Shown: positions 17,232 to 25,664 of the stretch, piece after piece
How positions within the stretch are numbered: position 1 is the first letter of the stretch
Layout of the letters: every line of letters starts with the position of its first letter
From: Candidatus Omnitrophota bacterium
Lineage (GTDB): Bacteria > Omnitrophota > Gorgyraeia > Zapsychrales > Fredricksoniimonadaceae
Assembly: GCA_044225175.1 (NCBI GenBank)
Contig: JBGAJA010000002.1
Location: 82,917-146,916 of the forward strand
Length of the DNA stretch: 64,000 nt
Direction: 5' to 3'
Translations under genes and position numbers: made by a program
The notes under the pieces: generated by a model
What the model was told of the DNA's origin: nothing
What the model saw: only the letters and a program-made list of their open reading frames with translations
Databases searched by the model: none

Positions 17232-17248
17232 TCCGCCAAAGGCGGATC
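17232..17248. repeat. 17-nt hairpin motif TCCGCCAAAGGCGGATC about 15 nt upstream of the giant gene A start codon. An identical copy is at 37348-37364, upstream of nuoD.
   Basis: Exact 17/17 match between the two loci. Stem CCGCC/GGCGG with an AAA loop. Confidence 0.7.
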
Positions 17249-17266
17249 TGCCATAGGCAGAAAAAA

Positions 17267-17307
17267 AGCCCAACGCTCTTTTGATTTTCACCAAAAAGAA
17301 TTGGGCT
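17267..17307 (-). promoter_or_regulatory. Terminator-like hairpin 2 in the giant-operon leader (stem AGCCCAA/TTGGGCT, then U7 on the minus strand)
   Basis: Minus RNA reads ...agcccaattctttttggtgaaaatcaaaagagcgttgggctttttttct. Confidence 0.45.
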
Positions 17308-17324
17308 TCAACGCCAATAAAAAA

Positions 17325-17353
17325 CCCAATGTCCTCGTCTCGAGTCATTGGGC
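17325..17353 (-). promoter_or_regulatory. Terminator-like hairpin 1 in the giant-operon leader (CCCAATG...CATTGGG, then U6)
   Basis: Minus RNA reads cccaatgactcgagacgaggacattgggttttttatt. It lies downstream of a candidate promoter TTGACA(17457-17462)-16-TATGCT. Confidence 0.45.
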
Positions 17354-17478
17354 ATCAGTGTCCTTGTCCTACAAGCAGTTATACCGACTTCCTTGCCGAA
17401 CTGCTTTTATTAAAATCTTGTTAAGACCGTGTTAAGCATACTATCTTTTTTTGCTTTGTCAAGAATGCGGAGGAATGT

Positions 17479-18750
17479 TTACAAAGATTTTTGCAGATCA
17501 GCCATCAAAATAATGGATTCGGCAATGTCTTTCATGGAGCGGCAGGAGTCCATGCTTTTTTTGTGGATGAGTCGATAAGCGGCATCTTCTGAGATTGAGT
17601 TCATCTTCATAATAATCCCTTTGGCACGTTCCACAAGCTTGCGCGTTTCTAAGGCTTCTTTGGCTTTGAGGGCTTCTTCCATGAGCTTGGTGTTTTCAAC
17701 AGCAACGGCTGCTTGATTTGCTACCATTTGCAGAACGTTGACCTCTTCGTCGGAGAAACGGTGCTGTTCTTTGGTGTAGACATTGATAACCCCAATGGCC
17801 TTATCTTTAACTATCATGGGAACAGCTACCATAGATGTTAAACCTTCCTTAACAGCCAAATCTCGATAGGCATACATTTTGTCATTTCTAACATCATAGA
17901 CTGTGATTGGTTTTCGTGTTTTAAGAACTGTGCCGCTTAAGGAAGTCTCTACTTTAATATTAGGTTTCTTTTTATAATCTTCACTCAAAGACTGTGTGGC
18001 TTTAATGACAAGATCGCTTCCTTTATCATCTAAAAGCATGACAGAACAAATCTTGGAATTAAGCATTTCTGCCGTCACAACGACAATCAAATTTAGAATT
18101 TCATCGAGATAGTGTTCGGAAGTGATTGACTGGCTGACTTTAATAAGAGAATCAAATTGCAAAGCTTTCTTTTTGGTTTCATCAAAAAGCCTTGCATGCT
18201 CAATAATGCCTCCCACCTGTTTAGCAATCATTTCAATAAGATTGATGGTGGTCTGGGAATAATCTTGTTCACGTTTATGTTGGACATTGATAACGCCAGT
18301 TGCCTTACCCTTAAAAATAACAGGGACAGAAAGAAACGCTTCATAGCGATCTTCTGGAAGAACATCAAAACTCTTGAAGCGTTGATCTTTGTAGGCTAGT
18401 TTTGAGATGGCGACCGTCTTACTTTCACGAGCTACCCACCCTGTAATTCCTTCCCCGATTTCCAAGTGCACCTTCCCTAACTCTTTAGTGTGAACCGTTT
18501 TGGAAGCCATTAGCACCAAAAATTCTTTCTTATCATCAAAAAGATAGATAAAAACAGAATCTGCCTTAGTCATTTCGGTCACGATTTTAACAATTAATTG
18601 GAGAGTCAGGTGTAAGTCAAGTTCGGAAGAGGCTATATCAACGACTGATCGAAGAACTTTAAGCTCTTCGTTGGAAGAAATATTAAGTGTTTTCTGGGGT
18701 GCCTTATTTTTCATGGGGGTTATTATATCCATCGACTCAACTAGACACAA
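17479..18750 (-). CDS. GAF-GAF-ANTAR RNA-binding antitermination regulator
   Basis: 423 aa. It has two GAF-like domains (...LHLTLQLIVKIVTEMTKADSVFIYL..., ...LDEILNLIVVVTAEMLNSKICSVMLLDD...) and a C-terminal ANTAR helix bundle, ALETRKLVERAKGIIMKMNSISEDAAYRLIHKKSMDSCRSMKDIAESII. Confidence 0.8.
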   Translation of the reverse strand: MCLVESMDIITPMKNKAPQKTLNISSNEELKVLRSVVDIASSELDLHLTLQLIVKIVTEMTKADSVFIYLFDDKKEFLVLMASKTVHTKELGKVHLEIGEGITGWVARESKTVAISKLAYKDQRFKSFDVLPEDRYEAFLSVPVIFKGKATGVINVQHKREQDYSQTTINLIEMIAKQVGGIIEHARLFDETKKKALQFDSLIKVSQSITSEHYLDEILNLIVVVTAEMLNSKICSVMLLDDKGSDLVIKATQSLSEDYKKKPNIKVETSLSGTVLKTRKPITVYDVRNDKMYAYRDLAVKEGLTSMVAVPMIVKDKAIGVINVYTKEQHRFSDEEVNVLQMVANQAAVAVENTKLMEEALKAKEALETRKLVERAKGIIMKMNSISEDAAYRLIHKKSMDSCRSMKDIAESIILMADLQKSL

Positions 18751-18905
18751 CTAGTTTATTACATTGATTAAAAATGATTGCAAACCATTGAAATAAATCG
18801 ATTTATATAAATATTTCTCTTCCTTGACTTGACAATCAGGTGGTTTTTATGGCAGACTTTAAATAGGGATCGCTATAATAACTTTAAAAATTGAGGAGAT
18901 TATTT

Positions 18906-19103
18906 ATGACAAAACTAACTTTTTTACTGACAGCCTTTATTGTAGTAATGTTTAGTTCTCAAAGTTTTGCTGTTCCCCATGTTACTAAATTCTCAGGAAA
19001 GCCATCTCATTTAGGAAGCGCTAAGGCTAATGCAGCCAAGTCCGCTTCACAAGCGTCTAGGTCTTCAAACGCCTCACATATGAGAGCTTCTCCTCATCGT
19101 TAA
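18906..19103 (+). CDS. Small secreted protein (65 aa, signal peptide MTKLTFLLTAFIVVMFSSQSFA)
   Basis: Good ribosome-binding site ttGAGGAGattatttATG, and a downstream intrinsic terminator. Confidence 0.45.
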   Translation: MTKLTFLLTAFIVVMFSSQSFAVPHVTKFSGKPSHLGSAKANAAKSASQASRSSNASHMRASPHR

Positions 19104-19117
19104 GCTAAATTTTATAT

Positions 19118-19147
19118 AAACCCCATGGCATCTCCTGTCATGGGGTT
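19118..19147 (+). terminator. Intrinsic terminator (CCCCATG-gcatctcctgt-CATGGGG followed by TTTT)
   Basis: Direct reading. Confidence 0.6.
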
Positions 19148-19255
19148 TTGCTTTTAACAAATCCTACAATATTCTTGACACTCTTATCTTTGTTTATATA
19201 TTGGATATGTGTTTCAATACTGTGTTCGAATTTACCTTTAGAAAACGACATTTCA

Positions 19256-19783
19256 ATGAATATTCCTGATCTATCTTTTTACTTCTTTGCTGCGATTTTG
19301 GTGTTCGCTAGTTTGTCGGTAGTTGCGGCTCGCAATCCTCTATATAATGTTCTGTCCTTAGTACTTGCAATCTTTTGTCTTTCTTCTTTATTTATTCTCA
19401 TGGAAGCTTATTTCGTAGGCATGATTCTGATTTTGGTCTACGCGGGTGCGGTCTTAGTTTTCTTTTTATTCGTTGTTATGTGCTTAAATTTAAATGCCGC
19501 TGCTATCACATCAGCCAAACAAAACCGCCTTAGACTCTTAGGAAGCCTGGTAGGGGTTGCCTTTCTATTAGAATTTCTTTTAGCCACCAAAAGTTTTATG
19601 GCAGCCCAAAATTTTGGCCCTACTACAGTCCGTGGAACAATTGAGGTGATTGGCAGAATCCTTTTTACAGATTATCTTCTTCCTTTTGAATTAACTTCCC
19701 TTCTCTTATTGATTGCTGTCTTTGGAATTGTATCTTTGGCTCAAGGAGCCTTTAGTACGGGTAAAGAGGTCGAACAATCATGA
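19256..19783 (+). CDS. nuoJ: NADH-quinone oxidoreductase subunit J
   Basis: MNIPDLSFYFFAAILVFASLSVVAARNPLYNV... aligns with the NuoJ N-terminus. The ORF track start at 19148 lies inside the upstream terminator. Confidence 0.85.
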   Translation: MNIPDLSFYFFAAILVFASLSVVAARNPLYNVLSLVLAIFCLSSLFILMEAYFVGMILILVYAGAVLVFFLFVVMCLNLNAAAITSAKQNRLRLLGSLVGVAFLLEFLLATKSFMAAQNFGPTTVRGTIEVIGRILFTDYLLPFELTSLLLLIAVFGIVSLAQGAFSTGKEVEQS

Positions 19784-20082
19784 TCGATATTCAATCTTAC
19801 TTAGTTCTCAGTGGTATTATTTTTGCTATTGGCTTAGTTGGTATTATGACCAGCCGTAGCGTTCTCAAAGTTCTTCTCTCTCTAGAACTTCTTTTGGCTG
19901 CCTCCAATTTATTGTTCGTGGCTTTCTCAAGATTTAATGGCGACTATGCGGGACAGTTGATTGTGTTCTTTGTCATTTTGGTTGCCGCAGCCGAAGTGGC
20001 TATCGGTTTGGCCATCATTGTTTTGATGTATCGCCGTTTAAACACGATTCAAGCCGATGAATTAAAGGAAATGAAATGGTAA
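19780..20082 (+). CDS. nuoK: NADH-quinone oxidoreductase subunit K
   Basis: 100 aa, 3 TM: MIDIQSYLVLSGIIFAIGLVGIMTSR. Confidence 0.9.
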   Translation: MIDIQSYLVLSGIIFAIGLVGIMTSRSVLKVLLSLELLLAASNLLFVAFSRFNGDYAGQLIVFFVILVAAAEVAIGLAIIVLMYRRLNTIQADELKEMKW

Positions 20083-21920
20083 ATCCTTGTTTAGTTTGGA
20101 CCTCTTATTTTGCGCCCCTGGTTGCTTGCATTATCATCACTTTGTTTTTCCTGCGTAATAAAAATCTAAGCTCATTGACCGCCATTGCCGGAATCTTGAC
20201 ATCCTTTATTTGCACAGTTTTAACAGCCATTCAAATTTTTAGCAGTCATCCTGCTTTAGAAGTCCAGCAATCCTTCACATGGATTCAGTTTGATCAGTTA
20301 ACCATTAACTTTGGGTTCTTAGTCAATCCTTTGGCCATTATGATGATGATGGTTGTCACAGGGGTTGGCAGTGCGATTTTCATTTATTCCCGCGGATACA
20401 TGGCTGATGATGAAAGCATGCCTCGCTTCTTTGCTTTCTTGAGTCTCTTTGCCTTTTCCATGATCGGCATTGTCTTATCTAATAATCTTATTCAATTATT
20501 TATCTTCTGGGAATTGGTTGGGTTAAGCTCCTATTTACTTATTAGCTTCTGGTATCAAAAGCCTTCTGCCGCTGATGCGGGGGTCAAAGCTTTCATGGTC
20601 AATCGCTTGGCTGATTTTGGTTTCTTGTGCGGCATTCTTCTTCTTTGGAGTCTTTCAGGGGTAGGTGGTGCACCGCGCAGTTTTCAAATCACAGATTTAG
20701 CATCTTGTGTCTCTGGCATGGATCCACATTTGCTTGGCATTGCCGCTTTACTACTCTTTTGCGGGGTCATGGGTAAATCAGCCCAAGTGCCTTTGCATGT
20801 GTGGCTGGTGGATGCTATGGAAGGTCCGACACCTGTGAGCGCCTTAATCCATGCGGCAACGATGGTGGCCGCTGGCGTATACTTACTGGCCCGTACATTC
20901 TTTATCTTTGAACCTTTGCATGATGCCTTAACCGTGATTGCTTATGTGGGTGGTTTTACAGCTTTGATGGCAGCTACCTTAGCTGTGGCTGAAAATGATA
21001 TTAAAAGAATCTTGGCTTATTCAACGCTTAGCCAATTAGGGTTGATGGTCATGGCTTTAGGTTTAGCTGGTCCTGTGCAAGGGATGTTTCACTTAACAAC
21101 CCATGCCTTCTTTAAGGCTTTGTTGTTCTTAGGCGCAGGCAGCGTGATCTACGGGCTTCATCACGAACAAAATATTTGGAAGATGAAAGGCGTGCTTTCA
21201 ACCATGCCTATTACAGGGATTACCTTCTTAATTGGCACATTGGCTTTAGCGGGCATCTTTCCTTTAAGTGGTTTCTGGAGTAAAGATGAGATATTAGCCT
21301 TGGCCCGTGAACATAACACATTGCTTTATGGCATGGCCTCCTTAGCTTCATTCCTCACAGCCTTCTATATGGGCCGCTTGTTCTTTATCGCTTTCTGGGG
21401 TAAACCTGCCCCTCACGATCACACCCATGAATCACCTGCTGTGATGACTTTACCTTTGATTTTTTTAGCCATTCTGTCGGTCATTGGCGGTGTTATTGGT
21501 ATTCCTCATTACATTTTCCCGGATCATGAAGCAGAATCCTTAAACATGCAAGTGGCTATCGTCTCTTCTGTGATTGCTGTTCTTGGACTTGCCATTTCCT
21601 ATGCTTTGTATGGCAAACGTCCAAACGTGGATCCTTTGGAAAAAGGTCTGGGCGGATTTTATTTAGTCTTAAAGAACAAATATTATTTCGATACTGTCTA
21701 TGGATGGTACGTTGATTACGTGCAACAAGGATTTGCCCTGGCATTAGCTTGGTTTGAGAGAATATTCATTGTTCGCTTAGGCGTGCATGGTATGGAAACA
21801 TTAGCTAAGGCAAGCGGCAAAGCATTACGGTTCTTACAAACCGGATTTGTACAGTTTTATGCCTTAGTGTTTATCTTTGGTGTAGTGTATTTATTTTATG
21901 TGATGGTTAAAGGCTTATGA
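20076..21920 (+). CDS. nuoL: NADH-quinone oxidoreductase subunit L
   Basis: 614 aa antiporter-like subunit. Confidence 0.9.
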   Translation: MVNPCLVWTSYFAPLVACIIITLFFLRNKNLSSLTAIAGILTSFICTVLTAIQIFSSHPALEVQQSFTWIQFDQLTINFGFLVNPLAIMMMMVVTGVGSAIFIYSRGYMADDESMPRFFAFLSLFAFSMIGIVLSNNLIQLFIFWELVGLSSYLLISFWYQKPSAADAGVKAFMVNRLADFGFLCGILLLWSLSGVGGAPRSFQITDLASCVSGMDPHLLGIAALLLFCGVMGKSAQVPLHVWLVDAMEGPTPVSALIHAATMVAAGVYLLARTFFIFEPLHDALTVIAYVGGFTALMAATLAVAENDIKRILAYSTLSQLGLMVMALGLAGPVQGMFHLTTHAFFKALLFLGAGSVIYGLHHEQNIWKMKGVLSTMPITGITFLIGTLALAGIFPLSGFWSKDEILALAREHNTLLYGMASLASFLTAFYMGRLFFIAFWGKPAPHDHTHESPAVMTLPLIFLAILSVIGGVIGIPHYIFPDHEAESLNMQVAIVSSVIAVLGLAISYALYGKRPNVDPLEKGLGGFYLVLKNKYYFDTVYGWYVDYVQQGFALALAWFERIFIVRLGVHGMETLAKASGKALRFLQTGFVQFYALVFIFGVVYLFYVMVKGL

Positions 21921-23395
21921 TTCCAAACATTCTTTCCTTGATTCTCTTAACTCCCGTCGTGGGATTAGCTTTGCTTTTTTTAATTCCTTCCCAAAAGACG
22001 GATTTGATTCGTAAGGTGAGCTTTTGGGCTACATTTATTCCCTTTGCTTTATCTGTGTATGTCTTTGCTTCCTATAATCCCTACTTAGGCGGTTATCAAT
22101 TTATTGAGATGATTCCTTGGGTCACTCCGTTAGGAATCTCCTACCACCTGGGGGTAGATGGCATTAACTCTATGCTTTTAGTCCTCTTAGGTGTTGCTTC
22201 GTTTACCTCGGTCATGGTGAGTGGCAATATCAAGGATCGCATCAAAGAATATTTCATCATGCTTATGTTAATTGTGATTGGCACATATGGCGCCTTCTTA
22301 TCCGTCGATATGTTCTTCTTTTATTTCTTCCACGAAATTGCTGCCATTCCAGTATTCTTGATGATTGCTATCTATGGTTCCCAGCGCCGTGATTATGCTG
22401 CCATGAAGCTTACCCTCTATTTAACTGCTGGCGCATCTTTGGCCTTGATTGGTTTGATTGCTCTTTATCTAAAGGTAGGTATTGGAAGCTTTGATTTGAT
22501 CGCGATCCAAGAGCATTTGGTCAACAATCCTATTCCTATTGCTGTTCAGCATTGGATCTTTCCTTTAATTGTGATCGGATTTGGCATCACATTAACCTTG
22601 TTCCCCTTTCATACATGGGCTCCCGTCGGATATGCAGAAGCACCGACCGCTGTCAGTATGCTGCACGCAGGTGTCCTTAAGAAAATGGGCGCTTATGCCA
22701 TCATCCGTTTTGCCATTCAATTAATGCCGGAAGCGGCCCACACATGGATGCCCATTATTGCTGTCTTGGCTGTCGTTAACATACTCTTTTGCGGTTTGGT
22801 TGCCCTCACCCAGCGCGATATCAAATACATTTTAGGATATTCCAGCTGCAGCCATATGGGCTATATCTTGCTTGGGCTTGCTTGCTATAACGTGATTGGA
22901 CTCAATGGGGTCGTCTTTATGATGTTTGCCCACGGCATTATGGCTACCCTAGCCTTCGCCTTAACAGGATTTATTGAAAACCAAACCAAAACACGAAACT
23001 TAGATGAATTGGGTGGAATCGCCAAACGCCTTCCTTTTATTTCCACATGTTTCATTATGGTTGCCTTAGCATCCGCTGGCGTTCCTGGATTTGCGAATTT
23101 TGTTTCTGAACTTTTAGTGTTATTAGGCGCATGGGACCAATACCGTTGGTTAACGGTCCTTGGCGTTCTTGGGATTGTTCTGGGCGCCATCTACATGCTT
23201 AAGATTATTCGTTTAGCTTTGCAAGGACCGTTAGGCCCTGGCATGGACAAATTAGTGGATGCCAAAGGCTTAGTGGCCAAGTTTCCATATGTACTATTAC
23301 TAGGAATTTTAATTTGGGTAGGCTGCTTTCCCTCAACATTGATTAAACATATTGAGACAAGCACCAAACCTGTAGCAGTTATATTGCAGAAATAA
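21917..23395 (+). CDS. nuoM: NADH-quinone oxidoreductase subunit M
   Basis: 492 aa antiporter-like subunit. Confidence 0.9.
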   Translation: MIPNILSLILLTPVVGLALLFLIPSQKTDLIRKVSFWATFIPFALSVYVFASYNPYLGGYQFIEMIPWVTPLGISYHLGVDGINSMLLVLLGVASFTSVMVSGNIKDRIKEYFIMLMLIVIGTYGAFLSVDMFFFYFFHEIAAIPVFLMIAIYGSQRRDYAAMKLTLYLTAGASLALIGLIALYLKVGIGSFDLIAIQEHLVNNPIPIAVQHWIFPLIVIGFGITLTLFPFHTWAPVGYAEAPTAVSMLHAGVLKKMGAYAIIRFAIQLMPEAAHTWMPIIAVLAVVNILFCGLVALTQRDIKYILGYSSCSHMGYILLGLACYNVIGLNGVVFMMFAHGIMATLAFALTGFIENQTKTRNLDELGGIAKRLPFISTCFIMVALASAGVPGFANFVSELLVLLGAWDQYRWLTVLGVLGIVLGAIYMLKIIRLALQGPLGPGMDKLVDAKGLVAKFPYVLLLGILIWVGCFPSTLIKHIETSTKPVAVILQK

Positions 23396-23397
23396 TA

Positions 23398-23429
23398 CCC
23401 GTAGGGGGCACGGCATGCCGTGCCCGTAC
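23398..23429. repeat. REP element CCCGTAGGGGGCACGGCATGCCGTGCCCGTAC in the nuoM-nuoN spacer
   Basis: Same family as the copy at 6565, in the opposite orientation. Confidence 0.75.
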
Positions 23430-23447
23430 TGTACAGAAAGAATACAC

Positions 23448-24893
23448 ATGTTCCCCGTCATCGATTGGAATTTATTTTCTTTAGAAGCTTTAATCACAAG
23501 CATCCTTGTTGGCTTAGTGATTATTGAAATGTTCCTGCCTAAGGATGAACGCCAGGATGTCATTGGCATCTTAAGTGTGATCAGCACCGTCGGACTACTT
23601 GCCTTTTGGTTGACCCAACAAAATTTAGCTGGTATCACATTCAGCGGCATGTTTGTGATGGATTCATTGGCCTGGTTCTTTAAGGCTTTCTTCTTAGTTG
23701 CCATGATTTTTATCTTTGGCATGACACAGCATTTCTTTAAATCTTTAGATGGCAGACGCAATGAATTCTATTTGCTACTGTGGCTGGCTTTGCTGGGTAT
23801 GTGCTTGGTGGCCTCATCCGCAGACTTCCTGATGGTGTTTATCTCTATTGAGATTCTAACGATTTCTTTGTATGTCATGACTGCCTATTTGAAAAGCGAC
23901 AAGCTTTCGATTGAAGCTGGGATGAAATATTTGATTTTAGGTGCCCTTTCTTCAGGTTTTTTACTTTATGGTATTAGCTTCTTATACGGGGCAACCCAGT
24001 CAACCAACTTCCTTACCATCCTAAATTACGTTCAAACACATGCCATGAATCCCATGATGCTCTTTGGTTTAGTGCTTGTCTTTGCAGGGGTTGGTTTTAA
24101 GATTGCAGCGGTCCCCTTTCATATGTGGGCCCCCGATGTTTATCAAGGCGCTCCAGCTCCGGTTACTGCCTTATTGTCGGTGGGATCTAAAGCTGCAGGA
24201 TTTGTGATTTTGATTCGTTTATTCTTCGGTATCTTAGAGCCCTGGCATCCTCAATGGAGCATGGTCTTAGCTGTTTTAGCGGCTATCAGCATGACATACG
24301 GCAACCTGGTCGCCATGTTTCAAACCAATATCAAACGTGTCTTTGGTTATTCAAGTATTGCGCATGCCGGATATCTATTAATGGGTGCTGCGGCAGGAAG
24401 CGCGCTCGGTGCAACCGCCATGAATTACTATTTGCTGGGATATTTATTTACAAATCTTGCTGCATTTACCGTGATCGTTATATTCTTTGTGGCAACCAAA
24501 TCTGATGAAATTGATGACTATGCCGGACTTGCCAAACGCTCCGCCATCTTAGGAACAACACTACTTTTAGCACTCGTTTCTTTGGCTGGCATTCCACCCT
24601 TAGCAGGCTTCTTCGGTAAATTCACATTACTCATGGCAACTGTCCAAGCCGGTTTCGTCTGGTTAGCCCTAGTTGCCGCGGTCAATATCGTCATTTCCCT
24701 CTACTACTACATGACAATCGCCAAACGCATGTACGTCGATGCACCAAAAACTAACACCCCCATCATCGTCTCTCCCATGATGCGTATCCTATTAATCCTC
24801 GCCATGACCGGAATCATAGTCATCGGCATCTTCCAAGGCCCCTTCACCGACGCCGCCCTTACTGCAGTCCAAGGAATGTACCTGCACCCTTAA
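23448..24893 (+). CDS. nuoN: NADH-quinone oxidoreductase subunit N
   Basis: MFPVIDWNLFSLEALITSILVGLVIIEMF.... The ORF-track start at 23415 falls inside the REP. Confidence 0.85.
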   Translation: MFPVIDWNLFSLEALITSILVGLVIIEMFLPKDERQDVIGILSVISTVGLLAFWLTQQNLAGITFSGMFVMDSLAWFFKAFFLVAMIFIFGMTQHFFKSLDGRRNEFYLLLWLALLGMCLVASSADFLMVFISIEILTISLYVMTAYLKSDKLSIEAGMKYLILGALSSGFLLYGISFLYGATQSTNFLTILNYVQTHAMNPMMLFGLVLVFAGVGFKIAAVPFHMWAPDVYQGAPAPVTALLSVGSKAAGFVILIRLFFGILEPWHPQWSMVLAVLAAISMTYGNLVAMFQTNIKRVFGYSSIAHAGYLLMGAAAGSALGATAMNYYLLGYLFTNLAAFTVIVIFFVATKSDEIDDYAGLAKRSAILGTTLLLALVSLAGIPPLAGFFGKFTLLMATVQAGFVWLALVAAVNIVISLYYYMTIAKRMYVDAPKTNTPIIVSPMMRILLILAMTGIIVIGIFQGPFTDAALTAVQGMYLHP

Positions 24894-24910
24894 AAATCAA
24901 TATTTCCTAT

Positions 24911-24942
24911 TTGGGTTTGATGAATCAAACCCCTACGGATTT
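24911..24942. repeat. Hairpin GGGTTTGA-TGAA-TCAAACCC plus CTACGGATTT that overlaps the stop codon of the RAYT gene. A 30/32 copy lies inside the RAYT CDS at 25197-25228.
   Basis: Direct reading. The last codons of the RAYT gene (aat ccg tag) are part of the element. Confidence 0.7.
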
Positions 24943-25466
24943 ACATTATTTGGATCTGTTTCCCACATTTGAGGATTATTAATAATGTATTGCCGTATCT
25001 GCATTAATTCTTTTTCATGACGAATGATATGTTCATAATAATTACGTTGCCATGCAAATGTGCTATTTTTAGCGTGAATTAATTTTGTGGTTTTCGCCTT
25101 AAAATGTCTAATAATTTTCCCTAACGAAACATCGTGTTGTTGCATCAATCGCCATGATTCCGTAGGGGCATGATTTATCATGCCCTTATGAATGTCTTGG
25201 GTTTGATGAATCAAAACTCTACGGATTTCAATAATTCCATGAATATGATTTGGCATAACTACAAACGTATCCATATAAATTGGATAATGTTTTGGTAATT
25301 GATCCCAAACTGATTGCACCATTTGGCCGGAATCATTTAAAATCATGCGCTCATTAATAATCTGACCAAATAAATGCATCCGGTAATTTACACATATGGT
25401 CAAAAAATAATAACCCGCAGATGAATAATCATATCCTTTCAAGCGTAATGAACTTCTTTTGGGCAT
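24933..25466 (-). mobile_element. REP-associated tyrosine transposase (RAYT; IS200/IS605 TnpA-like HuH Y1 transposase), single copy
   Basis: 177 aa with the HuH motif MPNHIHGII and the catalytic Tyr motif QRNYYEHIIR. REP-like palindromes with GTAG/CTAC ends are scattered through the window. Confidence 0.8.
25162..25185. repeat. REP-like palindrome GTAGGGGCATGA-tttat-CATGCCC inside the RAYT CDS, in frame, encoding ...GMINHAPTE...
   Basis: Direct reading. Together with the copy at 25197-25228 (encoding EIRRVLIHQTQ), it accounts for an insertion of about 20 aa between the HuH and Tyr motifs relative to typical RAYTs. Confidence 0.6.
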
Positions 25467-25516
25467 AACGATATCTCTTTCTTATCAATGGAATAGTTGT
25501 ACACACATTGTGGAAG

Positions 25517-25541
25517 ATTTGTGACGCACTGCGTCACAAAT
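25517..25541. promoter_or_regulatory. Perfect palindrome ATTTGTGACGC-act-GCGTCACAAAT in the RAYT 5' leader (candidate operator or RNA hairpin)
   Basis: 11-bp arms, located between a candidate promoter and the RAYT ATG. Confidence 0.5.
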
Positions 25542-25582
25542 TGACAAATAATACTTTCTATTATGTCTTAAAGGGGATTTTG

Positions 25583-25650
25583 GAAACTACTTCCGATGGG
25601 GAATCGGATGAAACAAAGAAATCTTAATCTCACTTAATTAGAATGTCAAG
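25583..25650 (-). promoter_or_regulatory. Repeat copy A of a module about 65 bp long (TTGACA-17-TAAGAT promoter plus hairpin TCCGnTGGGGAAnCCGGA) upstream of the RAYT gene. Copy B is at 27145-27215, upstream of the DUF1016 gene.
   Basis: Aligned by eye. Shared blocks are ttccg(a/g)t(t)ggggaa(t/a)ccggatgaa, aatcttaatct and aatgtcaaga. Confidence 0.55.
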
Positions 25651-25664
25651 ACCATTAGAAACGC

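Noticed and set aside
23415-23447. ORF-track start codons lying inside palindromic elements (nuoN at 23415, pheT at 61704, nuoJ at 19148 inside a terminator, and the CDP-alcohol transferase start at 52234 overlapping the tRNA-Gln)
   Set aside because: Downstream in-frame ATGs give N-termini that align with the families and avoid overlap with REPs, terminators and the tRNA, so the starts were trimmed.
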